A program made the translations under genes and the position numbers. A stretch of DNA of 63,774 bases, filler included, from Candidatus Methanoxibalbensis ujae (GTDB lineage Archaea > Halobacteriota > Syntropharchaeia > Alkanophagales > Methanospirareceae): NCBI GenBank assembly GCA_026134085.1. It is 4 parts of 4 records of this genome, joined end to end, with 100 filler letters (N's around TTAATTAATTAA, not from the genome) between each part and the next. Parts side by side here need not be neighbours in the genome. Positions count along the whole stretch, not along the records: positions 29,012 to 56,449 come from JAOQIN010000023.1; 3 more parts are not named here. One strand, written 5' to 3'. Of the stretch, positions 32,331 to 42,049 are shown in pieces. A model generated the notes under the pieces. That model saw only the letters and a program-made list of their open reading frames with translations. It was not told the DNA's origin and made no database searches. The stretch's first letter is position 1, and each line of letters begins with the position of its first letter.

Positions 32331-33797
32331 TCACCTGTGCACTATGACGACATTTTCCATTTCCCTGAGATCTTCCATTTTCTTCAGTTTCATCCAGCGC
32401 TCCTCGCATTCAACTGTGAATTTCGCATTTTTGTTCGCGTTTATGAGTTTCATGACATTCTCAAGTGCGATTTCAAGTGCGCTGTCCTCAATATCTTCAG
32501 GTATTTCAGACTGACCGACTGGATATGTTTCAGATAGCTCTTCTGGAAACGCTCCGAATGGAGGTTTCATTATCAATATATGGTCATAACGCCTTTTCTC
32601 CGCCTCGTGTTCGCTGAGCATTGATGTTGTGATGAGCACATTTCCGCGGAGATTCAACCGACTTATTTTCTTTGCGAATCGCCTCACCTCAGGTCTCATT
32701 GCTGAGATCTCGCTGAGATAGAAGAAGGGATGTTTCGTCGCTGAATCATATTTCTCAATGAAATCTGCATATTTTGCAAATCTCTTCAATCCATCCAGAA
32801 GCGCGGGATGCGCCCTGCACCTTCTCTCGCAAAGCTCCCACAGCGAACCCTCCACAATGCTCTGCTTGACAGTGCGCATCTCCTCAAATGTCGCATATAG
32901 ATTGTGGGATGCGAGGATCTCAACACTCTCCATGAGCTCACGAACGCTGTGTGATGTGCATATCGGACATGAACATGGCAGGTAGTTGAGGTTCTTCACA
33001 TGATATGTGCCCTCATTCGTCAGATACCTGCCGTCTCTCGCATATAGCGCATATGCTGCCGAGTCAAAAATGTCGCAACCCATCGCAACAGCGAGCGCAA
33101 AAAACATCGGATGCCCTGCTCCAAAAAGGTGAACGGGCGCATTGGGCGGAAGTTTCCTCTTGACAGCCATCACGATGTCAACAATCCTCCTGAAATCATA
33201 AATTTCGAGCAGCGGAACAATGCCTCCTATTGGATATATGTCAAAGCCCGAAAGGCGCTCGGCACATGACTCCCGCAGATCCGTGTATGTGGAACCCTGA
33301 ACAACTCCAGCAATAAGCGGGCGCTCCTCATCACGCAAATTCACAAGAGTTTTAGCCTCTTCCGCTCTCCTCAGCGTTTCCTCCACATCCCTGAGCGCTT
33401 TCCTCCTGCTCACAAAAGGAGGTGTCGGTATGTCGAGAGGAACAACAATGTCAGAGCCTATTCGCACCTGGAACTCAACGATCTCGCGATTTCTGACTCC
33501 CAGGTCCCCGTATTCATACAGCTGATACGACCCCGAATCCGTCATGAGCGGCTTCTCCCAGCCAATGAGCGCATGAACACCTCTCCTCAGAGCTTCTTCC
33601 CTCAGAGACTGATTCCTGTATATGACGTAAGCGTTCGTGATTATGATCTCCGCACCGTATTCCGCCATATCGCATGGCTTCACAAGAATGAGGTTCGGAT
33701 TTATCACCGGCATTATCGTAGGCGTCTCAACAACACCGTGAGGCGTGTGCAGCCTGCCAATCCTTCCAAGCAGATCCTTGTGCAACACCTCAAACAT
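32331..33797 (-). CDS. tgtA: tRNA-guanine(15) transglycosylase (archaeosine TGT), short form without C-terminal PUA domain
   Basis: ETPTIMPVINP, MTDSGSYQL, LDIPT, HLFGAGHP, FDSAAY, LPCSCPIC. Confidence 0.94.
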   Translation of the reverse strand: MFEVLHKDLLGRIGRLHTPHGVVETPTIMPVINPNLILVKPCDMAEYGAEIIITNAYVIYRNQSLREEALRRGVHALIGWEKPLMTDSGSYQLYEYGDLGVRNREIVEFQVRIGSDIVVPLDIPTPPFVSRRKALRDVEETLRRAEEAKTLVNLRDEERPLIAGVVQGSTYTDLRESCAERLSGFDIYPIGGIVPLLEIYDFRRIVDIVMAVKRKLPPNAPVHLFGAGHPMFFALAVAMGCDIFDSAAYALYARDGRYLTNEGTYHVKNLNYLPCSCPICTSHSVRELMESVEILASHNLYATFEEMRTVKQSIVEGSLWELCERRCRAHPALLDGLKRFAKYADFIEKYDSATKHPFFYLSEISAMRPEVRRFAKKISRLNLRGNVLITTSMLSEHEAEKRRYDHILIMKPPFGAFPEELSETYPVGQSEIPEDIEDSALEIALENVMKLINANKNAKFTVECEERWMKLKKMEDLREMENVVIVHR

Positions 33798-34108
33798 AAA
33801 TTCAATAATGCCGCATGATGCTTTATTATCTCCGTCGTCTTGCGCGCTGCGTCGTGAAGTCGTGATGAGCGGTGATGACAGCTATCCGCCCCCTCATCTG
33901 TGTCACATCCATCGCCTTCAGCATACCCTCACCTGTCAGCGACTTTCTCCACTCCATATCTATTGCCAGAGTTACATCTGTGACATCAGTGTGCGAGGCG
34001 GGCTTCGTCCGACAGCCCGGACGTCTGCGGGCAGGTGGCAGGAGATAAAAAGGTGACAGGTGATAAAAAGGAGGAAAGTGTGGAAGAGGATGCGCGGGAG
34101 GGAGGTTT

Positions 34109-34774
34109 ATGCTGACATTGGAGGATGCGCTTCGTCTGAATCCCGATCTGAACCCGAATCTTTTCATGCCATCGCCTGAGGATGTGCTGCGCTCGTTGGA
34201 TGAGCCGCCTGTGAGTGAGTGGTTGCATTTTATCGCAGCCGAGCACACTGTTGAGCGATATTTCACCGTGCTTCTGTTTGTGCCATGTGCCGAGAAAAAG
34301 CCCTATGAACCGCCGAGAAGTGCGCTTTTCAGGAAATTGCTATCTCTTGAGCGTAGATTTCAATCAATATACATGTGCGCGGTATCAGAGCCCCTCTCAC
34401 TTGAACCTCGCGAATTCTGGAACTTCAGATGGCGCGGTCACAACATGATATATGATGCTCCCTTTTTTCCGTGGATAGAGAAATATGGATACAGGTGGGA
34501 TGAGAACATTGCGGAAAAAGTGTGGAGCAGGCTCGCATCAGTTGCCCATTCGTGGTTCAAGCGGAACAGGGAGCGATTTGAGAATGTGATCGCATTTGCT
34601 TGCCCAGATTCCGGATATCGAAAGATATTGAGGCATGTGTCTGTTGACATTTTTGTGCCATCTGAGGAATGTCCTTCAGAAGAGGAGACCTATGAGGAGA
34701 ATGTTTCACGCATCTACACAAACGAAAGACTGTGGAAAGCTCTTGAAGATGTTATCATGAATTTGGAAAGATGA
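34109..34774 (+). CDS. Stand-alone DUF5591-like (archaeosine synthase ArcS core-like) protein
   Basis: 'LLFVPCAEKKPY', 'VSEPL.L.PRE' and 'YDAP' resemble the ArcS PC..KPY...SP...VPRE...YD.P core; divergent from tgtA. Confidence 0.6.
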   Translation: MLTLEDALRLNPDLNPNLFMPSPEDVLRSLDEPPVSEWLHFIAAEHTVERYFTVLLFVPCAEKKPYEPPRSALFRKLLSLERRFQSIYMCAVSEPLSLEPREFWNFRWRGHNMIYDAPFFPWIEKYGYRWDENIAEKVWSRLASVAHSWFKRNRERFENVIAFACPDSGYRKILRHVSVDIFVPSEECPSEEETYEENVSRIYTNERLWKALEDVIMNLER

Positions 34775-34984
34775 ATGCTCACACAGCACACACGCCACTG
34801 TGATCGCTCTCACCCTCTCTGCTGTGCTCCGCATCTGCTATGAAGTGAATCTGCTGTCGAATCTGCTATGAAGTGAGGAATGAGGATAAATGGGCTCCGC
34901 TGTGAGGCTCATAGGCATGATAAGCTGTGAGGCTCATAGGCATCACAGGCATCATAGATAAGTATGCCTCCTTAATAAATAAAG

Positions 34985-37900
34985 ATGCGCGAGCGTCTGA
35001 CGGAGATGTGGGAGGAGTTTCTTGAGAAGTATTACTGGGAGGATGTGATAGCGCTTTCAAATGAGTATCCTGAGAAGCGCAGTTTATATGTGAGGTTCAC
35101 GGATGTGCTGAAGTATGACATTCATCTTGCTGATCTTCTGCTGAATGATCCTGATGTGGCGCTGCAGACAGCATCAGAAGCGCTGCGCACATTTGACATA
35201 CAGACAGGCGTCTCACTTGAGAACGCGGTTGTGAGGATTGTTGAGATCCCATCAAGCATTAAGATTCGCGACATAAGGAGCGAGGACATCGGCAAGCTTA
35301 TATGTGTGGAGGGTCTTGTGCTGAAGGTGACTGAAGTTCGTCCTAAAATGGTGAGCGCGGCATTTGAATGTCCGCTGTGCCACAATGTTTTTTTCGTGCC
35401 CTGGATTACGAGGTTCAAAGAGCCTGAGAAATGTGATATATGCGACAGAAAGGCTCGTGGGTTCCGTCTTGTGGTTGAGAAGAGCAAGTTCATAAATGCG
35501 CAGAAGATAAGGATTCAGGAATCTCCTGAGGAGCTGAGGGGTGGGGAGCTCCCTCAAACGATAGATGTGAACCTTGAAGAAGATCTCACAGGTCTCATAT
35601 CGCCAGGCGAACGAATAAAAGTGACGGGAATACTCCGCTCTTATCAGATGCAAAACAGCCCTTTTTTCGGCATATTCATTGAGGGAGTCTCAATTGAGAA
35701 AAGCGGGGAGGAGTTCGAAGAGATAGAGATAACAGAGGAAGATGAGCGAAGGATAAAGGAATTTGCTTCGCTTCCAGATGCTTATGAACGGTTGAAGAAC
35801 AGTATTGCACCCTTTATATACGGATATGAGCGCATAAAAGAGGCGTTGCTGCTTCAACTCTTCGGTGGCGTGCCTAAGGAGCTTCCTGATGGCACAAAAA
35901 TAAGAGGCGATATACACATATTGCTCGTCGGAGATCCCGGAGTTGCAAAGTGTGTCAGCGGAGACACAGAAATAGTGCTTGCGGATGGCTCTGTTCATGA
36001 GATAAGAGCACTCTCCCACAGTATAAGCGGCTTCGTGGATGACGGAGTGTTCATGAGAACTGATTTAGATGTTTTCTCAATGAGTTCAGACGGCAAAATC
36101 ACGAGCTCAAAGGGCGACCTGCTGTGGAAGAGAATTGCTCCTCAAAAATTGCTGCGCATCCGCACAAAATCAGGTCGTGAGATAGAGGTGACGCCCTCTC
36201 ATCCCTTCTTCACATCTGAAAGAGGGCGCATTATCATGCGGAAAGCGGAGCACCTGAAAGCCGGAGATTTCATCGCAACACCGCGAAAAATAAAAGTGAG
36301 AGGGGAGCCACAGTCAATCGTTATAGGAGACAAAATTGTTAAAACCACTCCAGAATTCTGGAGGTTCATGGGCATCATCACTGCTGAAGGGCGTTTTATG
36401 CGTCATGACATCTGCAATTTTGTTTTTCAGGGAGGCGTTCGTTTCAGTTTCTGCAAGTCATTGCTTGATACCATCGGTTTTTCAGAATATGATGTGCCCA
36501 AACTTCTTTTCAAATGCACTAAGCGAGAGATTTCAGCGTTTATTTCAGCGCTGCTCGGCTGTGATGCGAAGCCATGTGGTGGCAGCATACGCCTCACATC
36601 ATCATCGCGAAAACTGCTCGCCCATGTTCAGCATCTCCTGTTGAGGTTCGGCATATTGTCACGGATACATCGCGTGCGCGGTGCAAAGAATGTTTATTAT
36701 CTTCTGATATCTGGAGATGTCACCGGAGATTATTTCGTCAGGGCTGGAGACGATGCTGAGGCATCACGCTGGAGAAATGACAGGCGCTGCTTCTGCAGCA
36801 TGGATGTCTGCAGCATGGATGTCATACCAGATATCTCCTCATTGTTGAGGGAGATAAGGCAGGAGCTGAGGATGGCACATGATGAGTGTGGTGTTCGTCA
36901 CATGCGTCATTACGAGAGCGGTGAGAGAAATCCAACGAGAAAGGCGTTGAACAAGATAATTGAGCGCTTTGAACGCAGAATGGAGGAGGTGAAAAGGAGA
37001 TCTGGATTCGGGTGCTCTGAAGGAGAGAGCTCAACCGAATGCAGCTGTTCAGGTGCGTTGAGCGATTATCCGATGTCTGCTGAGGAGATTGAGAGTGTGC
37101 GGAAAAAAGTGGAAGTGCTGAAAAAACTTGCGAATTCAGATATTTTCTGGGATGAGATCTCTGATATAGAGGAGATAAAACCCTCAGAGCCATATGTTTA
37201 TGACATTCAAGTGCCATTTCATCACAACTTCGTCGCAAATGATATTTTTGTGCACAACAGCCAGATGCTCTCCTACATTGCAGAACTTGCGCCACGCGGC
37301 ATATACACAGGCGGCAAGAGTGCCACAAGCGCCGGTCTCACTGCTGCAGCCGTGAAGGACGATTTCGGTGAGGGTCGCTGGACGCTTGAGGCAGGAGCAC
37401 TCGTCCTTGCGGACAAAGGAATTGCAGCGATAGACGAGATAGACAAGATGGAAAAAAGGGATAGAGATGCAATGCATGAGGTGCTTGAGCAGCAGAGCTA
37501 CCATCCCTCATTTTCAATTGAACTCGCAGATGGCGTTTATAAGATAGGTGATTTTGTTGAATCCATTTTCAGAAGATATGCTCACAGAGTTGTGCGTGGC
37601 ATCAGATGTGAGATAATATGGACTGATGACCTGAACATTGAAATACTTTCAACAGATTTTCGCAGCATATTCAGGACGAGGGTGAACAGGGTCAGCAGGC
37701 ATGAAGCACCCGATTATTTCGTGCGAATAAAATATGAGAGTGGAAAGGAGATTCTGGTGACGCCTGAGCATCCGGTATTTGTGATGAGAGATTGTGAAAT
37801 TCATGCGGTTGAATCATCAAAGGTGGAAATCGGAGACTTCTCTCCCGCCACCTTTCCGTCTCTCTCCGTATGTGGGATGAACAGTGCATGTGAGAACAGT

Positions 37901-39151
37901 GCATGTGAGATTAACAGAGAGATGGCGACACAGCGGCATTGCGGCGTGCATGCTGAATCAGCGGCATCGTGGCGTGAAGGCTGTGTGGATGCTGCGAGAG
38001 ATGCGGATGCTGCGAGAGGTGTGGATGTTGCGAGAGATGCGGATGTTGCGAGAGATGCGGATATTGTGAGAAAACCGCACAGCGCAGCTTTCACGCTTTT
38101 GAGGGTGATAGATGTTGAGATCGTTCCGAATGAAGGCAGATACAGGACGAAATGGGTTTATGATGTGACTGTGGAGCCGACACACACATTCATAAGCCAT
38201 GGGCTCATACTGCACAACACGGTAAGCATAGCGAAAGCGGGCATCACCGCAAGGCTGAACGCGAGGTGTGCATTGCTCGCAGCGGCAAATCCAAAGCTCG
38301 GAAGATTTGACAAATACACTCCGATTTCCGAGCAGATAAACCTGCCTCCCACGCTTCTTTCGCGCTTTGACCTCATTTTCACGATGATGGACGAGCCAGA
38401 CGAGGTTGAGGACAGGAAAACTGCCGAATACATACTGGATTCGCATATTTACGGCGAGATTCTTATGAGGAAGCGCATTGCGATGAAAGGCGATTTAAAG
38501 ATGAGCGAAGTGATGAGCGATATCAGCACCCATATCAGCACCCAGCAGACAGCGCCCGACAGAGCAGCAGAATATAATGAGGTGATGCGCAGGGTTTCCA
38601 ATATTGTTGACGCTGAACTTTTGAGGAAGTATGTGGCATATGCTCGTAAAAACATAATTCCGGTGCTTTCAGAAGGCGCTCGCAGACGCTTCCTTGATTT
38701 CTATATAAATCTGAGAAGGCAGAGCTATGGGAATGAGAACGCACCTGTTCCCGTCACAGCGAGGCAGCTTGAGGCGCTGATAAGACTTGGAGAGGCTCGC
38801 GCTCGCGCATCACTTCGTGATGTTGTCGTGGAGGAAGATGCAGAATGCGTGATAGACCTTGTCTCATATTGTCTCAATCGTGTTTTCGTGGACCCCGAAA
38901 CGGGGAAGTTGGATGTGGATGTCGTGACAATAGGCACGCCCAAAACGAGAAGAGATCGCATGAAAATGCTCCTTGACATCATAAAAGAGCTGGGAAGAGA
39001 GTACGGAAGCGATGTTGTTCCGATCGAAGAGGTGCTTGATATCGCCGAGGAGAGAGGCATTGACAGACAGAAGGCGGAAGAGCTGATTGAAAAACTGAAG
39101 AGGGAGGGTCTCCTATACGCACCACGAAATGATATGATAAAGATCGCATGA
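34985..39151 (+). CDS. mcm: MCM replicative helicase with two inteins
   Basis: N-domain Zn finger CPLC..CDIC; GDPGVAK|SQ Walker A; IDEIDKM Walker B; SRFDL Arg finger; TARQLE. Confidence 0.97.
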   Translation: MRERLTEMWEEFLEKYYWEDVIALSNEYPEKRSLYVRFTDVLKYDIHLADLLLNDPDVALQTASEALRTFDIQTGVSLENAVVRIVEIPSSIKIRDIRSEDIGKLICVEGLVLKVTEVRPKMVSAAFECPLCHNVFFVPWITRFKEPEKCDICDRKARGFRLVVEKSKFINAQKIRIQESPEELRGGELPQTIDVNLEEDLTGLISPGERIKVTGILRSYQMQNSPFFGIFIEGVSIEKSGEEFEEIEITEEDERRIKEFASLPDAYERLKNSIAPFIYGYERIKEALLLQLFGGVPKELPDGTKIRGDIHILLVGDPGVAKCVSGDTEIVLADGSVHEIRALSHSISGFVDDGVFMRTDLDVFSMSSDGKITSSKGDLLWKRIAPQKLLRIRTKSGREIEVTPSHPFFTSERGRIIMRKAEHLKAGDFIATPRKIKVRGEPQSIVIGDKIVKTTPEFWRFMGIITAEGRFMRHDICNFVFQGGVRFSFCKSLLDTIGFSEYDVPKLLFKCTKREISAFISALLGCDAKPCGGSIRLTSSSRKLLAHVQHLLLRFGILSRIHRVRGAKNVYYLLISGDVTGDYFVRAGDDAEASRWRNDRRCFCSMDVCSMDVIPDISSLLREIRQELRMAHDECGVRHMRHYESGERNPTRKALNKIIERFERRMEEVKRRSGFGCSEGESSTECSCSGALSDYPMSAEEIESVRKKVEVLKKLANSDIFWDEISDIEEIKPSEPYVYDIQVPFHHNFVANDIFVHNSQMLSYIAELAPRGIYTGGKSATSAGLTAAAVKDDFGEGRWTLEAGALVLADKGIAAIDEIDKMEKRDRDAMHEVLEQQSYHPSFSIELADGVYKIGDFVESIFRRYAHRVVRGIRCEIIWTDDLNIEILSTDFRSIFRTRVNRVSRHEAPDYFVRIKYESGKEILVTPEHPVFVMRDCEIHAVESSKVEIGDFSPATFPSLSVCGMNSACENSACEINREMATQRHCGVHAESAASWREGCVDAARDADAARGVDVARDADVARDADIVRKPHSAAFTLLRVIDVEIVPNEGRYRTKWVYDVTVEPTHTFISHGLILHNTVSIAKAGITARLNARCALLAAANPKLGRFDKYTPISEQINLPPTLLSRFDLIFTMMDEPDEVEDRKTAEYILDSHIYGEILMRKRIAMKGDLKMSEVMSDISTHISTQQTAPDRAAEYNEVMRRVSNIVDAELLRKYVAYARKNIIPVLSEGARRRFLDFYINLRRQSYGNENAPVPVTARQLEALIRLGEARARASLRDVVVEEDAECVIDLVSYCLNRVFVDPETGKLDVDVVTIGTPKTRRDRMKMLLDIIKELGREYGSDVVPIEEVLDIAEERGIDRQKAEELIEKLKREGLLYAPRNDMIKIA
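35951..37258 (+). mobile_element. Intein 1 in MCM Walker A (436 aa) with degenerate LAGLIDADG endonuclease and HTH-like region
   Basis: GDPGVAK|CVSGDT...TPSHPFF...VYDIQVP..NFVANDIFVHN|SQ. Confidence 0.93.
37496..38218 (+). mobile_element. Intein 2 in MCM (241-aa Ser-start mini-intein)
   Basis: HEVLEQQ|SYHP...VTPEHPVFV...WVYDVTVEPTHTFISHGLILHN|TVSIAKAG. Confidence 0.92.
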
Positions 39152-39193
39152 TTTGATGTATATATATAAACATTCATAAACATTCATTGCTGA

Positions 39194-39547
39194 GTGAATG
39201 AGGAGATGAGTGAGGAGAAAGAGCATGAAATTGAAACTGAGCAGGGGGGAGGCGGAGATGAGCTGCGGGGAGCTGCGGAGGATAAATATGAGATCGTCAT
39301 ACCGAGAGGCATTGCGACAGGAATAGTGTTTGAAGCGGCAGAAAAATTCGGCCTGGAAGTTGATCAGGAAGTGCGAGATGAGGATGTTCCGAAGATAGTG
39401 CTGCGTGGCGACTCTCCCGAAATCATGGAAATGGCTCACAAATTCATATATGAGAAGCATAAACAGTGGATAGAATCAATTGAGGAGCAGCGGAGAATAC
39501 GAAGAGAGCGCATAATGCGAAAGATGCGCCGCCGTAAGGAAGTGTAA
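39194..39547 (+). CDS. Hypothetical protein
   Basis: Clean ORF downstream of mcm with protein-like composition. Confidence 0.65.
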   Translation: MNEEMSEEKEHEIETEQGGGGDELRGAAEDKYEIVIPRGIATGIVFEAAEKFGLEVDQEVRDEDVPKIVLRGDSPEIMEMAHKFIYEKHKQWIESIEEQRRIRRERIMRKMRRRKEV

Positions 39548-39734
39548 TAAGACGGTGGCGATTTTGCGATGACAAAATTTGCGATGAACTCATTTCAATC
39601 AACCCACATGACAGCCGCCATGATCTTCTTCTGAGGTGACCTCGGATCTCACCTGAACCATAGGCATTCACCTCATCCTGTCCTTTTCCGGGTCTTCCCC
39701 CTTCTTCAGCGTTCCCCTTTCACCTTTCAGCGCG

Positions 39735-39855
39735 TTGAGCGCGGTCATCTGCCCCCGGTCTTCCTGTTGGAGCGGGTGATGGAAGGTGAGTTCCCATTCC
39801 TCATCTGTCAACTCATCAAGCTTCATTCCCTCAGCAGGATTTGTTATTGAGGCCT
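39735..39855 (-). pseudogene. IS5-family transposase N-terminal remnant
   Basis: Minus strand MKLDELTDEEWEL / LPSPAPTGRPGADDR (frameshifted) matches the IS5-type 'LTDEEW...LP....GRP..DDR' start. Confidence 0.6.
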
Positions 39856-40040
39856 ATATGGCTTACGCGCACCTGTTTGAATCTCAATACTCCAACCATA
39901 ACTGGCGCAGCTTCTCGCTCACCCGTTTGTCATCGCTCGTCGTGATCGCCGTGTGATCGCCGTAAGACGCGATGAAGCGATGCCCGGAGTTCGTGACAGC
40001 GGAGTTCATGACAGAGCTGAGAGGGGCACCATGCATCATA

Positions 40041-40244
40041 TCATCGTTCCTCACATTCCTCACGCATTGAACGACCGTAGTGGATTTTAACAGCATATCC
40101 CTTGCGGCATAATGTATCTGCATTCGCCTCAGGCAGCATCACGATATCCTCACGATATAGCCTGTAATTTCTACCGTCTATGCTGACAAATGACGGCATC
40201 TCTTTCAATACCCTTATCATTTCCATTTTTAAGCCATTCTTCAT
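40041..40244 (-). CDS. GINS (Gins15/51) C-terminal B-domain, in the -1 frame relative to the A-domain
   Basis: IRVLKEMPSFVSIDGRNYRL.REDIVMLPEANA..L..KG.A is the Gins51 B-domain pattern. Confidence 0.8.
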   Translation of the reverse strand: MKNGLKMEMIRVLKEMPSFVSIDGRNYRLYREDIVMLPEANADTLCRKGYAVKIHYGRSMREECEER

Positions 40245-40642
40245 TTTTTCAAGGTGAGCTTTTCCTCACAATCCTCATCATCTTCCGTGCCGAGCATGGA
40301 TAGGAGTATCCTATTGATGCTCTCTTCAACCTGTTTTTGTATGACCTCATATGCGGTGCGCTCATCATCAAGCATTCCTTTCGGAACAATTTTTGAGCCT
40401 GAGGATGCAAATTTCACTATTTTTCCCATTCTTCTCCTCACGATATTCTCAATTTTCATCCGCGCATTCTTGCGCTCATCCATTAGTATCTCCCTTTTTC
40501 GGCTGTCATCAACGGATTTTATCTCCTCATCAAGCCTCTTCATATACGAACGGACTTCTTCGCAGAAGTTTTCAGGGAGCTCCTGTAGGGAAGCAGTCCT
40601 TCTTTCACGCTCCAGAATATCCCATAAGCGCGCTATATCCAT
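40241..40642 (-). CDS. GINS (Gins15/51) N-terminal A-domain
   Basis: ERRTASLQELPENF..., RRRMGKIVKFA, M..DER; conserved position downstream of priS. Confidence 0.85.
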   Translation of the reverse strand: MDIARLWDILERERRTASLQELPENFCEEVRSYMKRLDEEIKSVDDSRKREILMDERKNARMKIENIVRRRMGKIVKFASSGSKIVPKGMLDDERTAYEVIQKQVEESINRILLSMLGTEDDEDCEEKLTLKK

Positions 40643-40667
40643 TTTATCACTCTTTCATCACACCACA

Positions 40668-41858
40668 TCATCCCACGCCGCGCGCAGCATCGCAGATTTC
40701 CGCCACCCCTCTGCACATGAAATACACGGCAGCACACACAGGAAGTTCTGCTTCTTCGCCATCTTCAACTGCGTATTCATGTCCTTTCATTCTGACTGCA
40801 TTTCTTTTAAGCGCTTTCACGCGCACTGTTCTGTCGCTGCTGAATGCCACCGCATCCTCAAGAGGCTCAAAATCATCAAGCTCTTTCACGCTGAGAGGTT
40901 TCACAATGAGCCCCGTTTTGCCATGAAGCGATGTTGGCATTCTTATGAGGCGGTGGATGTCAGAAGTCACAGGCGCATCTGGTTTCATGCTTCGCAGTGA
41001 AACAGCATGGTCCTGAATAAGCCTGCAATGCACTCCTGGAATCCAGCGGAGCCTGTTGTCAAGCATGCATCTTGCCACCCACTCCTCAATCGCATCATCA
41101 TCCATCTTCGCCATGAACTCAACGACTTTCATTGCACTTTTCACACCAACACCATCAATCCTGCAAAGCGCCTTGACTGCATCATCCCTATCCATGCGCT
41201 TTATTTCGCGGAAAAAATCCATAAGCCCTCTGAATATCCTTCGCCTCCATCCTCCCCCATGCCTCCACGCCTCGCTGCCGATACCGGGATCCACGCTCCT
41301 GAACTCGCTGTCAAGACCACTTGCACTCAGATAATCAACAATTTCCCTCCGCTCCTTGTTTCGGAGCGCACGCACATCATCACGACACACATGAACATGA
41401 TACCCGCGAGCACCAGAAAACACGATCTCTATATCCCGCTCATCTATCCCAAAATCAGCAACAAGAAAATCCATGAGCTTTGCTGTCTCCACTTTTACAC
41501 GCTCAAGCATCTTATCGTAGCTTATCTCTCCTCTGATAATATGATCGGCGTCGATAATATGATCAGCGTCAAGATCAAATATCAGGTCAGCACCTCTCCA
41601 CCCCTTATCAGCCATGTTCGCTGCTGAGGGTCTCTCATATATCGCAGACGAGAAAAAAACATGTGCGGGCGCATTCTCTCGCAGAAACGAGCGGATCTCC
41701 GCAGCACTCCTGAACGCCCTGTGCCTGCTCATCATTTTCACTCCAAACGGAATGAAACCCCACTCACGCATCCAAAAATCCCTGGGCATGCTCAATCCAG
41801 CCCGCTTATAATACGATGCGAACATGCGACGCAGAAATCTCACAGTATCGTAATTCAT
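40668..41858 (-). CDS. priS: DNA primase small (catalytic) subunit
   Basis: REWGF, GADLIFDLDADH, FSGARGYHVH, D.PVT.DIHRLIR.P.SLHGKTG. Confidence 0.96.
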   Translation of the reverse strand: MNYDTVRFLRRMFASYYKRAGLSMPRDFWMREWGFIPFGVKMMSRHRAFRSAAEIRSFLRENAPAHVFFSSAIYERPSAANMADKGWRGADLIFDLDADHIIDADHIIRGEISYDKMLERVKVETAKLMDFLVADFGIDERDIEIVFSGARGYHVHVCRDDVRALRNKERREIVDYLSASGLDSEFRSVDPGIGSEAWRHGGGWRRRIFRGLMDFFREIKRMDRDDAVKALCRIDGVGVKSAMKVVEFMAKMDDDAIEEWVARCMLDNRLRWIPGVHCRLIQDHAVSLRSMKPDAPVTSDIHRLIRMPTSLHGKTGLIVKPLSVKELDDFEPLEDAVAFSSDRTVRVKALKRNAVRMKGHEYAVEDGEEAELPVCAAVYFMCRGVAEICDAARGVG

Positions 41859-42049
41859 CAGCCCTCACCACTCCTCTCCAACCCCTCTTCACTCACTATC
41901 ACCATCGCTCGCTATCTATCACTTCACGATCGCTATCACAATCGCAACCACAATCGCAAATTAAAAGCCCGCAAAGAAAAGAATTTCCAAGCATGTTCAG
42001 TGAGGAAACAGGAAAACTGAAAAGATGAAAAAACAGAGAGACAGATGAG

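Noticed and set aside
40668..41858. Presence of priS in the same window as the PriX-like circle taken as genetic linkage
   Set aside because: They are on different contigs joined artificially; co-occurrence in the window is not evidence of interaction.
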